A stretch of DNA of 64,000 nucleotides from an uncultured Desulfobacterales bacterium (GTDB taxonomy: Bacteria; Desulfobacterota; DSM-4660; Desulfatiglandales; HGW-15). Shown here piece by piece: positions 1-8,289 of the stretch. Position 1 is the first letter of the stretch. Each line of letters begins with the position of its first letter. The notes beneath the pieces were generated by a model, which ran no database searches, was not told the DNA's origin, and was given only the letters and a program-made list of their open reading frames with translations. The stretch covers positions 47,823 to 111,822 of the forward strand of contig CAZYJR010000008.1 in NCBI GenBank assembly GCA_964647905.1, in the 5' to 3' direction. Made by a program: the position numbers and the translations under genes.

Positions 1-125
1 ATTGATTTTTTGGGTGCGAAGCATCCATAAGGAAAGGGAGGGGTGATTCGGCGGATCCTGCCCGGCCGTCACCGATACACACGCCGGGGTATAGGCTTGA
101 ATGATCCATTAAAAAGGGAGTCAAG

Positions 126-2708
126 ATGCAATACAATGACAAGAAACGCAAGGACGTCCTGGCTGATCTCCTGGCAAACACCACTCTGACGCGGCGCAGT
201 TTCGTGAAGGCGTCGGCGGCCACAGGAGGCGCCTTGGCCGCGGGCGGAAGGCTGATGCCGACGCTCAAAGCCCTTGCCAAGACGAATGAAACACCGGGCG
301 GGGCCGAAGGAGAGTGGCTGCCGGCCACCTGCCAGGGGTGTACGTCATGCTGCTCCCAGCAGGTCTATGTAATTCAAGGTCGTGCCGTCAAGGTGCGAGG
401 CAATCCGCATTCAAAGGTCAATGTAGGGGCCGGCTGTCCGCGGCCGCACCTTGCCATCCAGCAGGTCTATGACCCTGATCGCATCAGGACCCCCATGAAG
501 CGGACCAACCCCCGGAAAGGCCGCGATCAGGACCCTCAATTCGTGCCGATCACATGGGACGAGGCGCTCGACACCATCGCCGACAAGATCATTGAACTGC
601 GCGACAACCATGAGACCCACAAGTACATGCTCATGCGGGGGCGGTACACCTATATGCGCGATATCCTATATGATCGAATGACCAAGATCATCGGATCGCC
701 CAACAACATCTCCCACAGCGCCATCTGCGCAGAGGCGGAAAAGTTCGGGCCCTATTTTACCGAAGGTTTGTGGAACTACCGGCAGTATGACGTTGAAAAC
801 GCCCGCTACCTCCTGCTCTGGGGGGCCGATCCACTGTCCGCCAACCGCCAGGTCTCCTATTATTCGAGCGCCTGGGGCACGGTCCTCGACCGGGCCCAGG
901 TGACGGTGGTGGAACCCCGTCTATCGGCCACGGGCGCGAAAGCGGATGTCTGGCTTCCCATCAAACCGGGGAACGACGGCGCTCTTGCTGCCGCGATCGC
1001 TCATGTGATTCTCACAGAAGGGATCTGGTACCGGGATTTCGTGGGTGACTTCAGAGACGGAGAAAACCGGTTTCGACCCGGCCAGGATGTCCGCGAAGAC
1101 GACTTCGAGGAAAGATTCACCTACGGTCTCGTAAAGTGGTGGAACCTGGAGCTCAAGGATAAGACGCCGGAGTGGGCGGCATCCAAGACCGGCATCTCGG
1201 CCGAACAAATCCGCCGGGTGGCGCTTGACTACGGCAATGCAGCCCCCCATGCGATTTCCTGGGTCGGCGGCGGCCCGGTCATGCAGGTGCGCGGCTGTTA
1301 CGGCGGCATGCTCTGTCACGCCTTGAACGGCCTGGCCGGATCTGTGGACAACGCCGGCGGAACCCTGGCGCCCAACAAGGAATTTACATCACCTTTTCCG
1401 GGACCCGACGATTTCATGGATGAAATCGCCCAAAAAGGCATAAAACACGAAAAGATCGATCAGCGCGGCCGGCTGGAATTCCCCTCTCTCAAAGAGGGAA
1501 AACCCGGCGGCGGGGTGGTCACCAACAACGCGGCTGAGGGCATCCTCAACGAAGATCCCTATGAAATAAAAGTCGCGGTCGCCTACATGAACAATTTTTC
1601 CTTCTCCGCCGGACAACCCGAGCGATGGGAGCGGGCCCTGTCCAAGATCCCCTTCGTGGTCCACATGACCACCAATGCGTCGGAGTTTTCCTGGTTTTCG
1701 GACATTCTGCTGCCCAACACCCACCATCTCTTCGAAAAGTGGGGCTACGTCAAGGTACACGGCAACGGCTACCGGCACGTCACACTGATGCAGCCGATCA
1801 TCAAGCGTATCGGCGACTACAAGACGGATGAATCCGAATTCACCTGGCTGATTGCAGAAAAACTGGCCGAGCGGGGCTTCGACAACCTCTTGCGCCACTA
1901 CAAGACCTACCGGGATCCGGAGACCGGCAAAGAGCCGAGCAGTGATGATGAATTCGCGCTTTTTGCCCTGAAGATAGCCACCCGGAATCTGTGGGACCCC
2001 TCCAAGTACGAGGGCGGGGACAGATTCGGCGGATGGGCGGAATTCCGCAAGATCGGTGTCTGGAATTCGGATCCTTATCCGTTTCGCAAGCGCTGGGGAA
2101 AGATGAAGACAAAGACCGGCATGTTCGAATTCTACAGCGAAACCCTCAAAGAGGCCCTGAAGAACCATGCCGAAAAACACGATACGACCGTCGATCGTGT
2201 AATGGAGGTTTGCGATTACCAGGCCAGGGGAGAGCAGGCCTTCATCCCCCACTTTGAAGAACCGTGGACGTCCGGTGACCCGGGGGAGTATCCCCTCCTC
2301 TTTGTGGACCACAAATCGCGGCTCAATCGGGAAGGCCGCTCGGCCAACTGTCCCTGGTACTACGATTTCAAGGACGTGGATCCCGGAGACGAGAGCCGGG
2401 ACGATGTGGTCAAACTCAACCCATTGGACGGCAGGAAATTCGGCATCGCCAACGGTGACCGGGTTCGCCTGACCTCCCCCACCGGCCGCATCGAGTGCAC
2501 GGCAAAGTTATGGGAAGGGGTGCAGCCGGGAACGGCGGCCAAGTGTTACGGCCAGGGGCATTGGGCCTACGGCCGGTTGGCCGCGAAGGTATTCGGAAAA
2601 GCCCCCCGGGGCGGCAACAACAACGACCTGATACCCGCCGTATATGACCGCTTGAGCGGCAGCAGCGTGCGCCACGCCGGGACCCGCGTCAGGATCGAGA
2701 AGATCTAG
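126..2708 (+). CDS. Tat-exported molybdopterin oxidoreductase catalytic subunit, ArrA-like (Psr/Phs/Arr clade)
   Basis: 860-aa ORF with SD AAGGGAG upstream. Twin-arginine signal TRRSFVKASAATGGALAAG. FeS motif C-x2-C-x3-C-x27-C (CQGCTSCC...GAGC). RGRY at 171-174 (R173/Y174), HSAIC-x4-K (197-206) and Y218 match, at a constant +8 offset, the arsenate-pocket and Mo-Cys residues I recall for Shewanella ArrA. Confidence 0.85.
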   Translation: MQYNDKKRKDVLADLLANTTLTRRSFVKASAATGGALAAGGRLMPTLKALAKTNETPGGAEGEWLPATCQGCTSCCSQQVYVIQGRAVKVRGNPHSKVNVGAGCPRPHLAIQQVYDPDRIRTPMKRTNPRKGRDQDPQFVPITWDEALDTIADKIIELRDNHETHKYMLMRGRYTYMRDILYDRMTKIIGSPNNISHSAICAEAEKFGPYFTEGLWNYRQYDVENARYLLLWGADPLSANRQVSYYSSAWGTVLDRAQVTVVEPRLSATGAKADVWLPIKPGNDGALAAAIAHVILTEGIWYRDFVGDFRDGENRFRPGQDVREDDFEERFTYGLVKWWNLELKDKTPEWAASKTGISAEQIRRVALDYGNAAPHAISWVGGGPVMQVRGCYGGMLCHALNGLAGSVDNAGGTLAPNKEFTSPFPGPDDFMDEIAQKGIKHEKIDQRGRLEFPSLKEGKPGGGVVTNNAAEGILNEDPYEIKVAVAYMNNFSFSAGQPERWERALSKIPFVVHMTTNASEFSWFSDILLPNTHHLFEKWGYVKVHGNGYRHVTLMQPIIKRIGDYKTDESEFTWLIAEKLAERGFDNLLRHYKTYRDPETGKEPSSDDEFALFALKIATRNLWDPSKYEGGDRFGGWAEFRKIGVWNSDPYPFRKRWGKMKTKTGMFEFYSETLKEALKNHAEKHDTTVDRVMEVCDYQARGEQAFIPHFEEPWTSGDPGEYPLLFVDHKSRLNREGRSANCPWYYDFKDVDPGDESRDDVVKLNPLDGRKFGIANGDRVRLTSPTGRIECTAKLWEGVQPGTAAKCYGQGHWAYGRLAAKVFGKAPRGGNNNDLIPAVYDRLSGSSVRHAGTRVRIEKI

Positions 2709-2719
2709 GAGGATACACG

Positions 2720-3445
2720 ATGCCCAGATACGCCATGGTTATCGATCTGCAGAGTTGCGTCGGATGCGGTGCCTGCAGCCTTTCCTGCCGCAGCGAGAAC
2801 AATGTGCCGGACGGGATTTACTGGTCCAACAAGATCACTGAGACGGTCGGGACCTTTCCCAACGTCCGCTACCACTACATCCCAACGCTTTGCAACCACT
2901 GCGAAAACGCCCCCTGTGTCCGGGGCTGCCCCACCCGGGCCATGCACAAACTAGACAATGGGATTACCATGCACGATCCCAAAAAGTGCATTGGCTGCAA
3001 ATACTGCGAATTCAACTGCCCTTACGGGGTAATCTATTTCAACTGGCGCAAACCGCATCCCTTCTGGCGGCGGGAAAAAGCGTTGATCGAGGGAGGAACC
3101 TTCTCCCCGGCCGGAGTGGCCCGAAAGGCCGGCGGGGGGGTGATTCCCTACTACAACCCGGAGCGCGATGAAACCCTGGCCGGTATCAGACCCAAGGGCG
3201 TGGTGGAGAAATGTACATTCTGCGATCATCGCATCAAGAGAGGGCTGCTCCCGCGCTGCGTGGAAGCCTGCCCGGCCGATGCACGGATATTCGGCGACAT
3301 ATCGGATCCCGGCAGCGAGGTCAGCAAACTGCTCGGGAAATTCAGGCCGTTCCGGCTGCGCGAGCAGCTGGGCACCGATCCCCATGTTTTCTATATCCGC
3401 GATTTCAACCCCGCCCACTACCAGCCGACAAAGGGAGGTGTCTAA
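2720..3445 (+). CDS. 4Fe-4S ferredoxin-type beta subunit (PsrB/ArrB/DmsB-like)
   Basis: 241 aa with four Cys clusters (CVGCGACSLSC, CNHCENAPCVRGCP, CIGCKYCEFNCP, CTFCDHR...CVEACP). Lies directly after the alpha subunit. Confidence 0.9.
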   Translation: MPRYAMVIDLQSCVGCGACSLSCRSENNVPDGIYWSNKITETVGTFPNVRYHYIPTLCNHCENAPCVRGCPTRAMHKLDNGITMHDPKKCIGCKYCEFNCPYGVIYFNWRKPHPFWRREKALIEGGTFSPAGVARKAGGGVIPYYNPERDETLAGIRPKGVVEKCTFCDHRIKRGLLPRCVEACPADARIFGDISDPGSEVSKLLGKFRPFRLREQLGTDPHVFYIRDFNPAHYQPTKGGV

Positions 3446-4590
3446 TGAAGTCGTCCCAAGGAGCCTATATCACTTGGCTGGGCCTGCTCGGCGCCGCCAT
3501 TCTCGCCGGACTCTACGCCGCCTTCCGGTTGTTTACGGAAGGTCATTACCTGTTCAATGCCAACGATGTCCTGATGTGGTCCCTCCCCCTCGGCGTCTAT
3601 ATCTACCTCGCCCTGACCAGCACCGGCTTGACCCTGCTGGCATCGCTGCCCCTTGTTTTCGGGGTCGAGAAATTCGAACCATTGGCCAAACGTCTGGTCT
3701 TTTTGGCCATCGCCACCCTGGTCGGAGGGTTTGTGTCCATCGGGCTGGAGCTGGGCAATATTTTTCACATGTATTACATCCTGCTCTCCCCCAACCTGAG
3801 TTCCCCCATTTGGTGGATGGGGTTCATCTACAGCGTGGAGCTGGGGGTCTTGGCCATAAAGTTCTGGAGGCTCCACGTGGGAGACCGGCACAGCCCGCTG
3901 AGCAGGGTGTTGGGGCAGATCTCATTTGTCGCCGCCATCGTGGCTCCCCTGATGATCGGCTCCGTGTTCGGTCTTACGGAGTCGCGGGTTACCTATTTCG
4001 GCCCGGTGATGTCCATTTACTCCCTGATGATGGCCATCCTGAGCGGGACGGCAATGTGCCTTTTCTACAACCTCGTGCTCGACGCTCTTTCCGGCGACGG
4101 GCGGAGTGAGCCCGCTTCCGCGGTCCAGGATGATATTGCTCGGATTTTTGTTTGGACACTCGGTATAGTGATCATCTTCACTCTGGTCAAAGTCGCCATT
4201 GAATCCGCGACGGTCATTCCTGAGTTCCTGAACTACCGGAAATACGCTCAGATTTTCGGCGGAATCGGCAAGCTCAACACCGAGGTGATTGTAGGCTTGC
4301 TGGTGCCCTTTGTGCTGATGGCGGTTCCGTCCATCCGCCAGGCTCGTGTCACCCGAATTCTGGCCTCTGGCCTGGTTCTGGTGGGGACTCTCGCCATGCA
4401 CATGGAAATTCTCCTGGCAGGCCAGAGCCGCCCCATCGGTCCAAAGGCCGAGCAGTATCCCGAGTATGTGCACTATCATCCGAGCAGCTACGAGTGGCTG
4501 GTGATGCTGCTGGCCGTCTCAGTGGCCCTGCTGCTCTATACATTGGGTGAGCGCTACTTGAAGCTGGGGGCTGCGCCCGAGCACGGATGA
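3445..4590 (+). CDS. NrfD/PsrC-type polytopic membrane anchor subunit
   Basis: The ORF-track start 3211 overlaps the beta gene. The in-frame ATG at 3445 follows GGAGG and overlaps the beta stop. Sequence is hydrophobic with multiple TM segments (MKSSQGAYITWLGLLGAAILAGLY...). Confidence 0.8.
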   Translation: MKSSQGAYITWLGLLGAAILAGLYAAFRLFTEGHYLFNANDVLMWSLPLGVYIYLALTSTGLTLLASLPLVFGVEKFEPLAKRLVFLAIATLVGGFVSIGLELGNIFHMYYILLSPNLSSPIWWMGFIYSVELGVLAIKFWRLHVGDRHSPLSRVLGQISFVAAIVAPLMIGSVFGLTESRVTYFGPVMSIYSLMMAILSGTAMCLFYNLVLDALSGDGRSEPASAVQDDIARIFVWTLGIVIIFTLVKVAIESATVIPEFLNYRKYAQIFGGIGKLNTEVIVGLLVPFVLMAVPSIRQARVTRILASGLVLVGTLAMHMEILLAGQSRPIGPKAEQYPEYVHYHPSSYEWLVMLLAVSVALLLYTLGERYLKLGAAPEHG

Positions 4591-4615
4591 ACTTCGGGGA
4601 GGAGAATAATAATCG

Positions 4616-5296
4616 ATGAAAGCATCAAGAGAGCGGCTTCTTGACCAGGAAAACGCAAGAGCGGTGGTTTATCGACAATTGGCCGACGCCTTTCGCGTAC
4701 CGTCGGAGGCATTGTTCGAGGGACTGAAGGAAATGGCCGCTGCACTAGAGCTACTGGATTCCGAAGCCTGGGGAGACGCCGCGCGACTGGCGGCCGGCCG
4801 CTATGACGATCCGGATGATCGCCTCGAGATAAAGATCGACCATGCAGCGCTTTTCATGGGGCCCTTCCTGGCACCGGCTGCACCTTACGGATCGGTATAC
4901 CTTGAAGACCAACGCCGGCTGATGGGTGCTTCGACCGTGGATGCAAGGCGGCATTACCTCAGCTTGGGGTTGGATCTGTCACCGGACTTCAAGGAAGCGC
5001 CGGATCACATTTGCGCCGAGCTGGAGTTCATGCATGTGCTGGTCCATCGGGCGATTGGGGCCGTCGAGACCCTTGACCGGGAGTTGCTGGCGAAGAGCGT
5101 CCGTCAACAGAGCATCTTTCTTGTAAAGCACCTTGGGACATGGGCGCCGGCCTTTGCGCACCAGATCCTCCAGCACGCCCAAACCGGCTACTACCGGAAT
5201 TTGGCCGCAGTGCTCGAAACGTTTGTGGCCGAAGAGATGGAAGCCCTCCCTGATCTGAAGAATCTGCAGCCGGCGCCCCGCTCGGCAGCCGGCTGA
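4616..5296 (+). CDS. TorD/DmsD/NarJ-family redox-enzyme maturation chaperone
   Basis: 226 aa with SD GGAGGAG. Contains the family-typical PDHICAELEFMHVL segment and sits in the chaperone position of the operon. Confidence 0.8.
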   Translation: MKASRERLLDQENARAVVYRQLADAFRVPSEALFEGLKEMAAALELLDSEAWGDAARLAAGRYDDPDDRLEIKIDHAALFMGPFLAPAAPYGSVYLEDQRRLMGASTVDARRHYLSLGLDLSPDFKEAPDHICAELEFMHVLVHRAIGAVETLDRELLAKSVRQQSIFLVKHLGTWAPAFAHQILQHAQTGYYRNLAAVLETFVAEEMEALPDLKNLQPAPRSAAG

Positions 5297-5316
5297 CAGT
5301 CAACCGGAGGAAACCC

Positions 5317-6009
5317 GTGGGACCATTTGAAAGCCTGTTGAAGGAATCGGCAAGGGTCCATGGGCACCTGTGCCCGGGACAGGTTATCGGCGTCCGTATG
5401 GCCATGCTGGGCTGCCGCCTGATCGGTCTGAACCGACCCACCAGCCGGGACCAGATCAAGAAACTGATCGTTTACGTCGAAATGGACCGCTGTACGGCCG
5501 ACGCCGTGGCGTACGTCAGCGGGGTGAGGCTGGGACGGCGCAGTCTCAAATTCATGGATTACGGCATCATGGCGGCCACTTTTCTCAATATCGAATCGGG
5601 GCGGGCCTACCGCGTGCTTTCGACCGAGGAATCCCGCGATCTGGCGGACGTCTACGCTCCGGCGATCCAAGGCAAACGCGCCCGGCAGCTGGAGGCTTAT
5701 CGGCGCATGCCGGACAGCGTCTTGTTCCGGGTTCAGAAGGTAAACGTCCGTCTGAACGACTGCGACCTGCCGGGTCCGACCCGAAGCAAGGTGGCCTGCA
5801 GCCTATGCGGTCAGATCATTCGCGACGGGCGTGAGATCAGGTATAACGGAGAGCCTGTCTGTAAACCGTGTTCCGATGACTGCTACTTTTCCCATGCCAG
5901 GGAGGTCAACTGGCCGGAGATGAACTGGTCGCCGCTTGAAGAAGAAACCCGGCGCCGGGGCCCATCGATTGACTCAGGCCGCAACAGGAAGATCGCGGCG
6001 ATCCACTGA
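5317..6009 (+). CDS. FmdE/FwdE-family protein with C-terminal zinc ribbon
   Basis: GTG start 5 nt after GGAGGA. N-terminal HGHLCPGQVIGVRMA motif is typical of the FmdE domain. C-terminal CSLCGQ...CKPC pair. Confidence 0.75.
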   Translation: MGPFESLLKESARVHGHLCPGQVIGVRMAMLGCRLIGLNRPTSRDQIKKLIVYVEMDRCTADAVAYVSGVRLGRRSLKFMDYGIMAATFLNIESGRAYRVLSTEESRDLADVYAPAIQGKRARQLEAYRRMPDSVLFRVQKVNVRLNDCDLPGPTRSKVACSLCGQIIRDGREIRYNGEPVCKPCSDDCYFSHAREVNWPEMNWSPLEEETRRRGPSIDSGRNRKIAAIH

Positions 6010-6113
6010 GCTCCAACGCCCGGTGCAAACCAACAAAGGCTAAGAGCCCTTCCACCTCGCTTTCCGGATCAACAGCCCGTTTTGCATTTCGAGAGCGACA
6101 AGTACACAAACCG

Positions 6114-6142
6114 TTGACATGTCTCAATTAGCAGTATAGTAT
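6114..6142 (+). promoter_or_regulatory. sigma70-like promoter for the arsR-ABC operon
   Basis: TTGACA (6114-6119), 17-nt spacer, TAGTAT (6137-6142), about 30 nt before the ATG at 6173. TTGACATGTCTCAA is also a partial palindrome. Confidence 0.45.
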
Positions 6143-6172
6143 CTGCGCAACCACTTAAACTTTGGAGATGCC

Positions 6173-6496
6173 ATGACACAAGAGGACAAGGCGGCGCGTA
6201 TGTTCAAGGTGCTTTCCTCCGCCACCAGGCTGAGGATGACGGAGCTCTTGAAGGGCCGGGCCCTGTGCGTAAACGCGCTTGCCCGGGCCCTGGAGATCAC
6301 CCCCGCGGCTGTCTCCCAGCACCTCAGGGTACTGCGAGACGCGGACCTGGTCACAGGAGAAAAGAGGGGGAACTTTGTCCACTATACCATGAACCAAAAG
6401 ACCCTCCTCGAGTGGTACGAGACTGCGGCCGGATTCCTGGCAGTGCAGGAAAGGATCGTCCTTCCCACCATACAGGGCGGAGACGGGAAAGACTAA
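6173..6496 (+). CDS. ArsR/SmtB-family transcriptional regulator
   Basis: 107 aa with HTH LCVNALARALEITPAAVSQHLRVLRDADLV and wing GNFVHYTMN. Confidence 0.9.
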   Translation: MTQEDKAARMFKVLSSATRLRMTELLKGRALCVNALARALEITPAAVSQHLRVLRDADLVTGEKRGNFVHYTMNQKTLLEWYETAAGFLAVQERIVLPTIQGGDGKD

Positions 6497-6498
6497 GG

Positions 6499-7482
6499 AT
6501 GGAGAGGCCGGAATCGATCATTGAGGTGGGAGGGCTCAGCAAACGCTTCGACGGGGTCGCCGCGGTTGATTCGGTGGGCTTCGACGTACGCGGGGGAGAG
6601 CTCTTCGGCTTCCTGGGACCCAACGGCGCGGGCAAGACCACCACGATCAACATGCTGACCGGTCTGGCGCGACCAGACAAAGGGACCGTCACCATAGGAG
6701 GCATAGACTGCACCGACCGCCCCAGGGCAGCCCAGCATCTGATAGGGGTGGTCCCGGACGAGAGCAATCTCTATCCCGAGCTCACCGGATTCGACAATCT
6801 GTGCTTCTGCGCCGCTCTTTACGGAATGGCAAAGGCCGAGCGCAAGGCCAGGGCAAGAGAGCTCCTCTCCGCCTTCGACCTCGAGGAGGCCGCCGAACGG
6901 AGGTTCGGCGGGTTTTCCAAGGGGATGAAGAGGAGGCTGACCATCGCGGCCGGGATCATCCACAGGCCCGAGATACTGTTCCTGGACGAACCGACCACCG
7001 GGATCGACGTGGCCGGGGCGCGAAAGCTCCGCCGGCTTATTGCCGATCTCCACCGGTCCGGGACGACGATCTTCCTCACCACCCACTACATCGAGGAGGC
7101 CGAGAGGCTCTGCAGCCGTACTGCGTTCATCGTATCGGGACGGATCGTGAGGATCGACACCGTGGAGAATCTGCTCCAGCCCTTCCAGGAGAGGCCCGCG
7201 GTGCAGATCTCATGCTCCAACCCTCTGGACGGGCTGAAGCACCTGCTTCAGGAGTCTTTCCCGGATCTGGGGTTCTCCTTCCCGGGGCCCGGCTTGATCC
7301 GGGCGGAGTCCCATAGGCCGGTGCGGGCGGGCGAGCTGGTCAGATATCTGGAAGAGCAGGGCATAGAGGTATCCGAGGCCCGAAGGATGAGGCCGTCCTT
7401 GGAGGAGGTCTTCGTCAGAATCACCGGTCTGGAGGCGGAGGCCATGCGGAAAGAAAAGGAAAAGGCAGGAGGCGGACCATGA
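6499..7482 (+). CDS. ABC transporter ATP-binding protein
   Basis: In-frame ATG at 6499 (the track start 6265 overlaps arsR). Walker A GPNGAGKTT, signature FSKGMKRRL, Walker B ILFLDEPT. Confidence 0.9.
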   Translation: MERPESIIEVGGLSKRFDGVAAVDSVGFDVRGGELFGFLGPNGAGKTTTINMLTGLARPDKGTVTIGGIDCTDRPRAAQHLIGVVPDESNLYPELTGFDNLCFCAALYGMAKAERKARARELLSAFDLEEAAERRFGGFSKGMKRRLTIAAGIIHRPEILFLDEPTTGIDVAGARKLRRLIADLHRSGTTIFLTTHYIEEAERLCSRTAFIVSGRIVRIDTVENLLQPFQERPAVQISCSNPLDGLKHLLQESFPDLGFSFPGPGLIRAESHRPVRAGELVRYLEEQGIEVSEARRMRPSLEEVFVRITGLEAEAMRKEKEKAGGGP

Positions 7483-8216
7483 AGCTCTGGATCGCCTTTT
7501 GGAACATACTGACAAAGGACATGAGGACCTATTACCTCAAGCCGCCCAATATCAGCTGGGGCCTCATCTTCCCCCTGGCCTGGACCGGCATGTTCTTCAT
7601 CAAGTCAGGGAGCGAGCTGGGGAGCATACCTGCACTGCTCCCGGGGGTCGTGGCGATCTCCATCCTGTTCGGGACCACCTCCATGCTGGCCGTGACCGTG
7701 ACCTTCGAGAAGAAGAACCGATCCTTCGAGAGGCTCCTCCTGGCCCCCATCCCGCTGGAGCTGCTGATGCTGGCCAAGACAGGCGGGGCGATACTGTTCG
7801 GTACGGCCAACGCCTTTGTGCCGGTGGCAATGGCCGCGTTCTTCACGGATCTATCAGAAGTGGTATGGGTGGCGTTCATTCCTTCGGTTATCCTGATTGC
7901 TGCATCTTCAACTTTCTTGGGGCTTTTCATAGCAGTCGCCGTGAGCGAGGTCTTTGAGGCTCAGACCTTTTCCAACTTTTTCCGTTTTCCCATGATCTTC
8001 CTCTGCGGCCTTTTCTTTCCCATCGAAAGACTGCCCGTGTTCCTCAAGCCCCTCTCTTATATACTCCCTCTGACCTACGGGGCGGACGTGCTCCACGGAG
8101 CGGTCCACGGGGGGCACTCCATGCCCTTCACCCTGGACCTGGCCCTGCTCGTGGTGTTCTGCACCGCGCTCTTCGCCGTGAGCCTCCGCAACATCAAGAG
8201 GCGCTGGATCACCTAA
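7479..8216 (+). CDS. ABC-2 type transporter permease
   Basis: 245 aa, about 6 TM segments, 4-nt overlap with the ATPase gene. Confidence 0.85.
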   Translation: MKLWIAFWNILTKDMRTYYLKPPNISWGLIFPLAWTGMFFIKSGSELGSIPALLPGVVAISILFGTTSMLAVTVTFEKKNRSFERLLLAPIPLELLMLAKTGGAILFGTANAFVPVAMAAFFTDLSEVVWVAFIPSVILIAASSTFLGLFIAVAVSEVFEAQTFSNFFRFPMIFLCGLFFPIERLPVFLKPLSYILPLTYGADVLHGAVHGGHSMPFTLDLALLVVFCTALFAVSLRNIKRRWIT

Positions 8217-8289
8217 ATCAACCCCCGCCCGCGACCCTTGATAAACGCTGTAGCTCGGAGTAAAAAGACCTGGGGCTTGGCACAAGAGT

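Noticed and set aside
3211-3444. 5' extensions of track ORFs (3211, 6265, 15639, 17525, 19878, 22125, 28959, 29034, 37834, 39132, 47510, 56409).
   Set aside because: The extensions overlap the preceding gene or are non-protein-like. An internal ATG/GTG with a Shine-Dalgarno, or an ATGA-type overlap, gives the family-typical N-terminus in each case.
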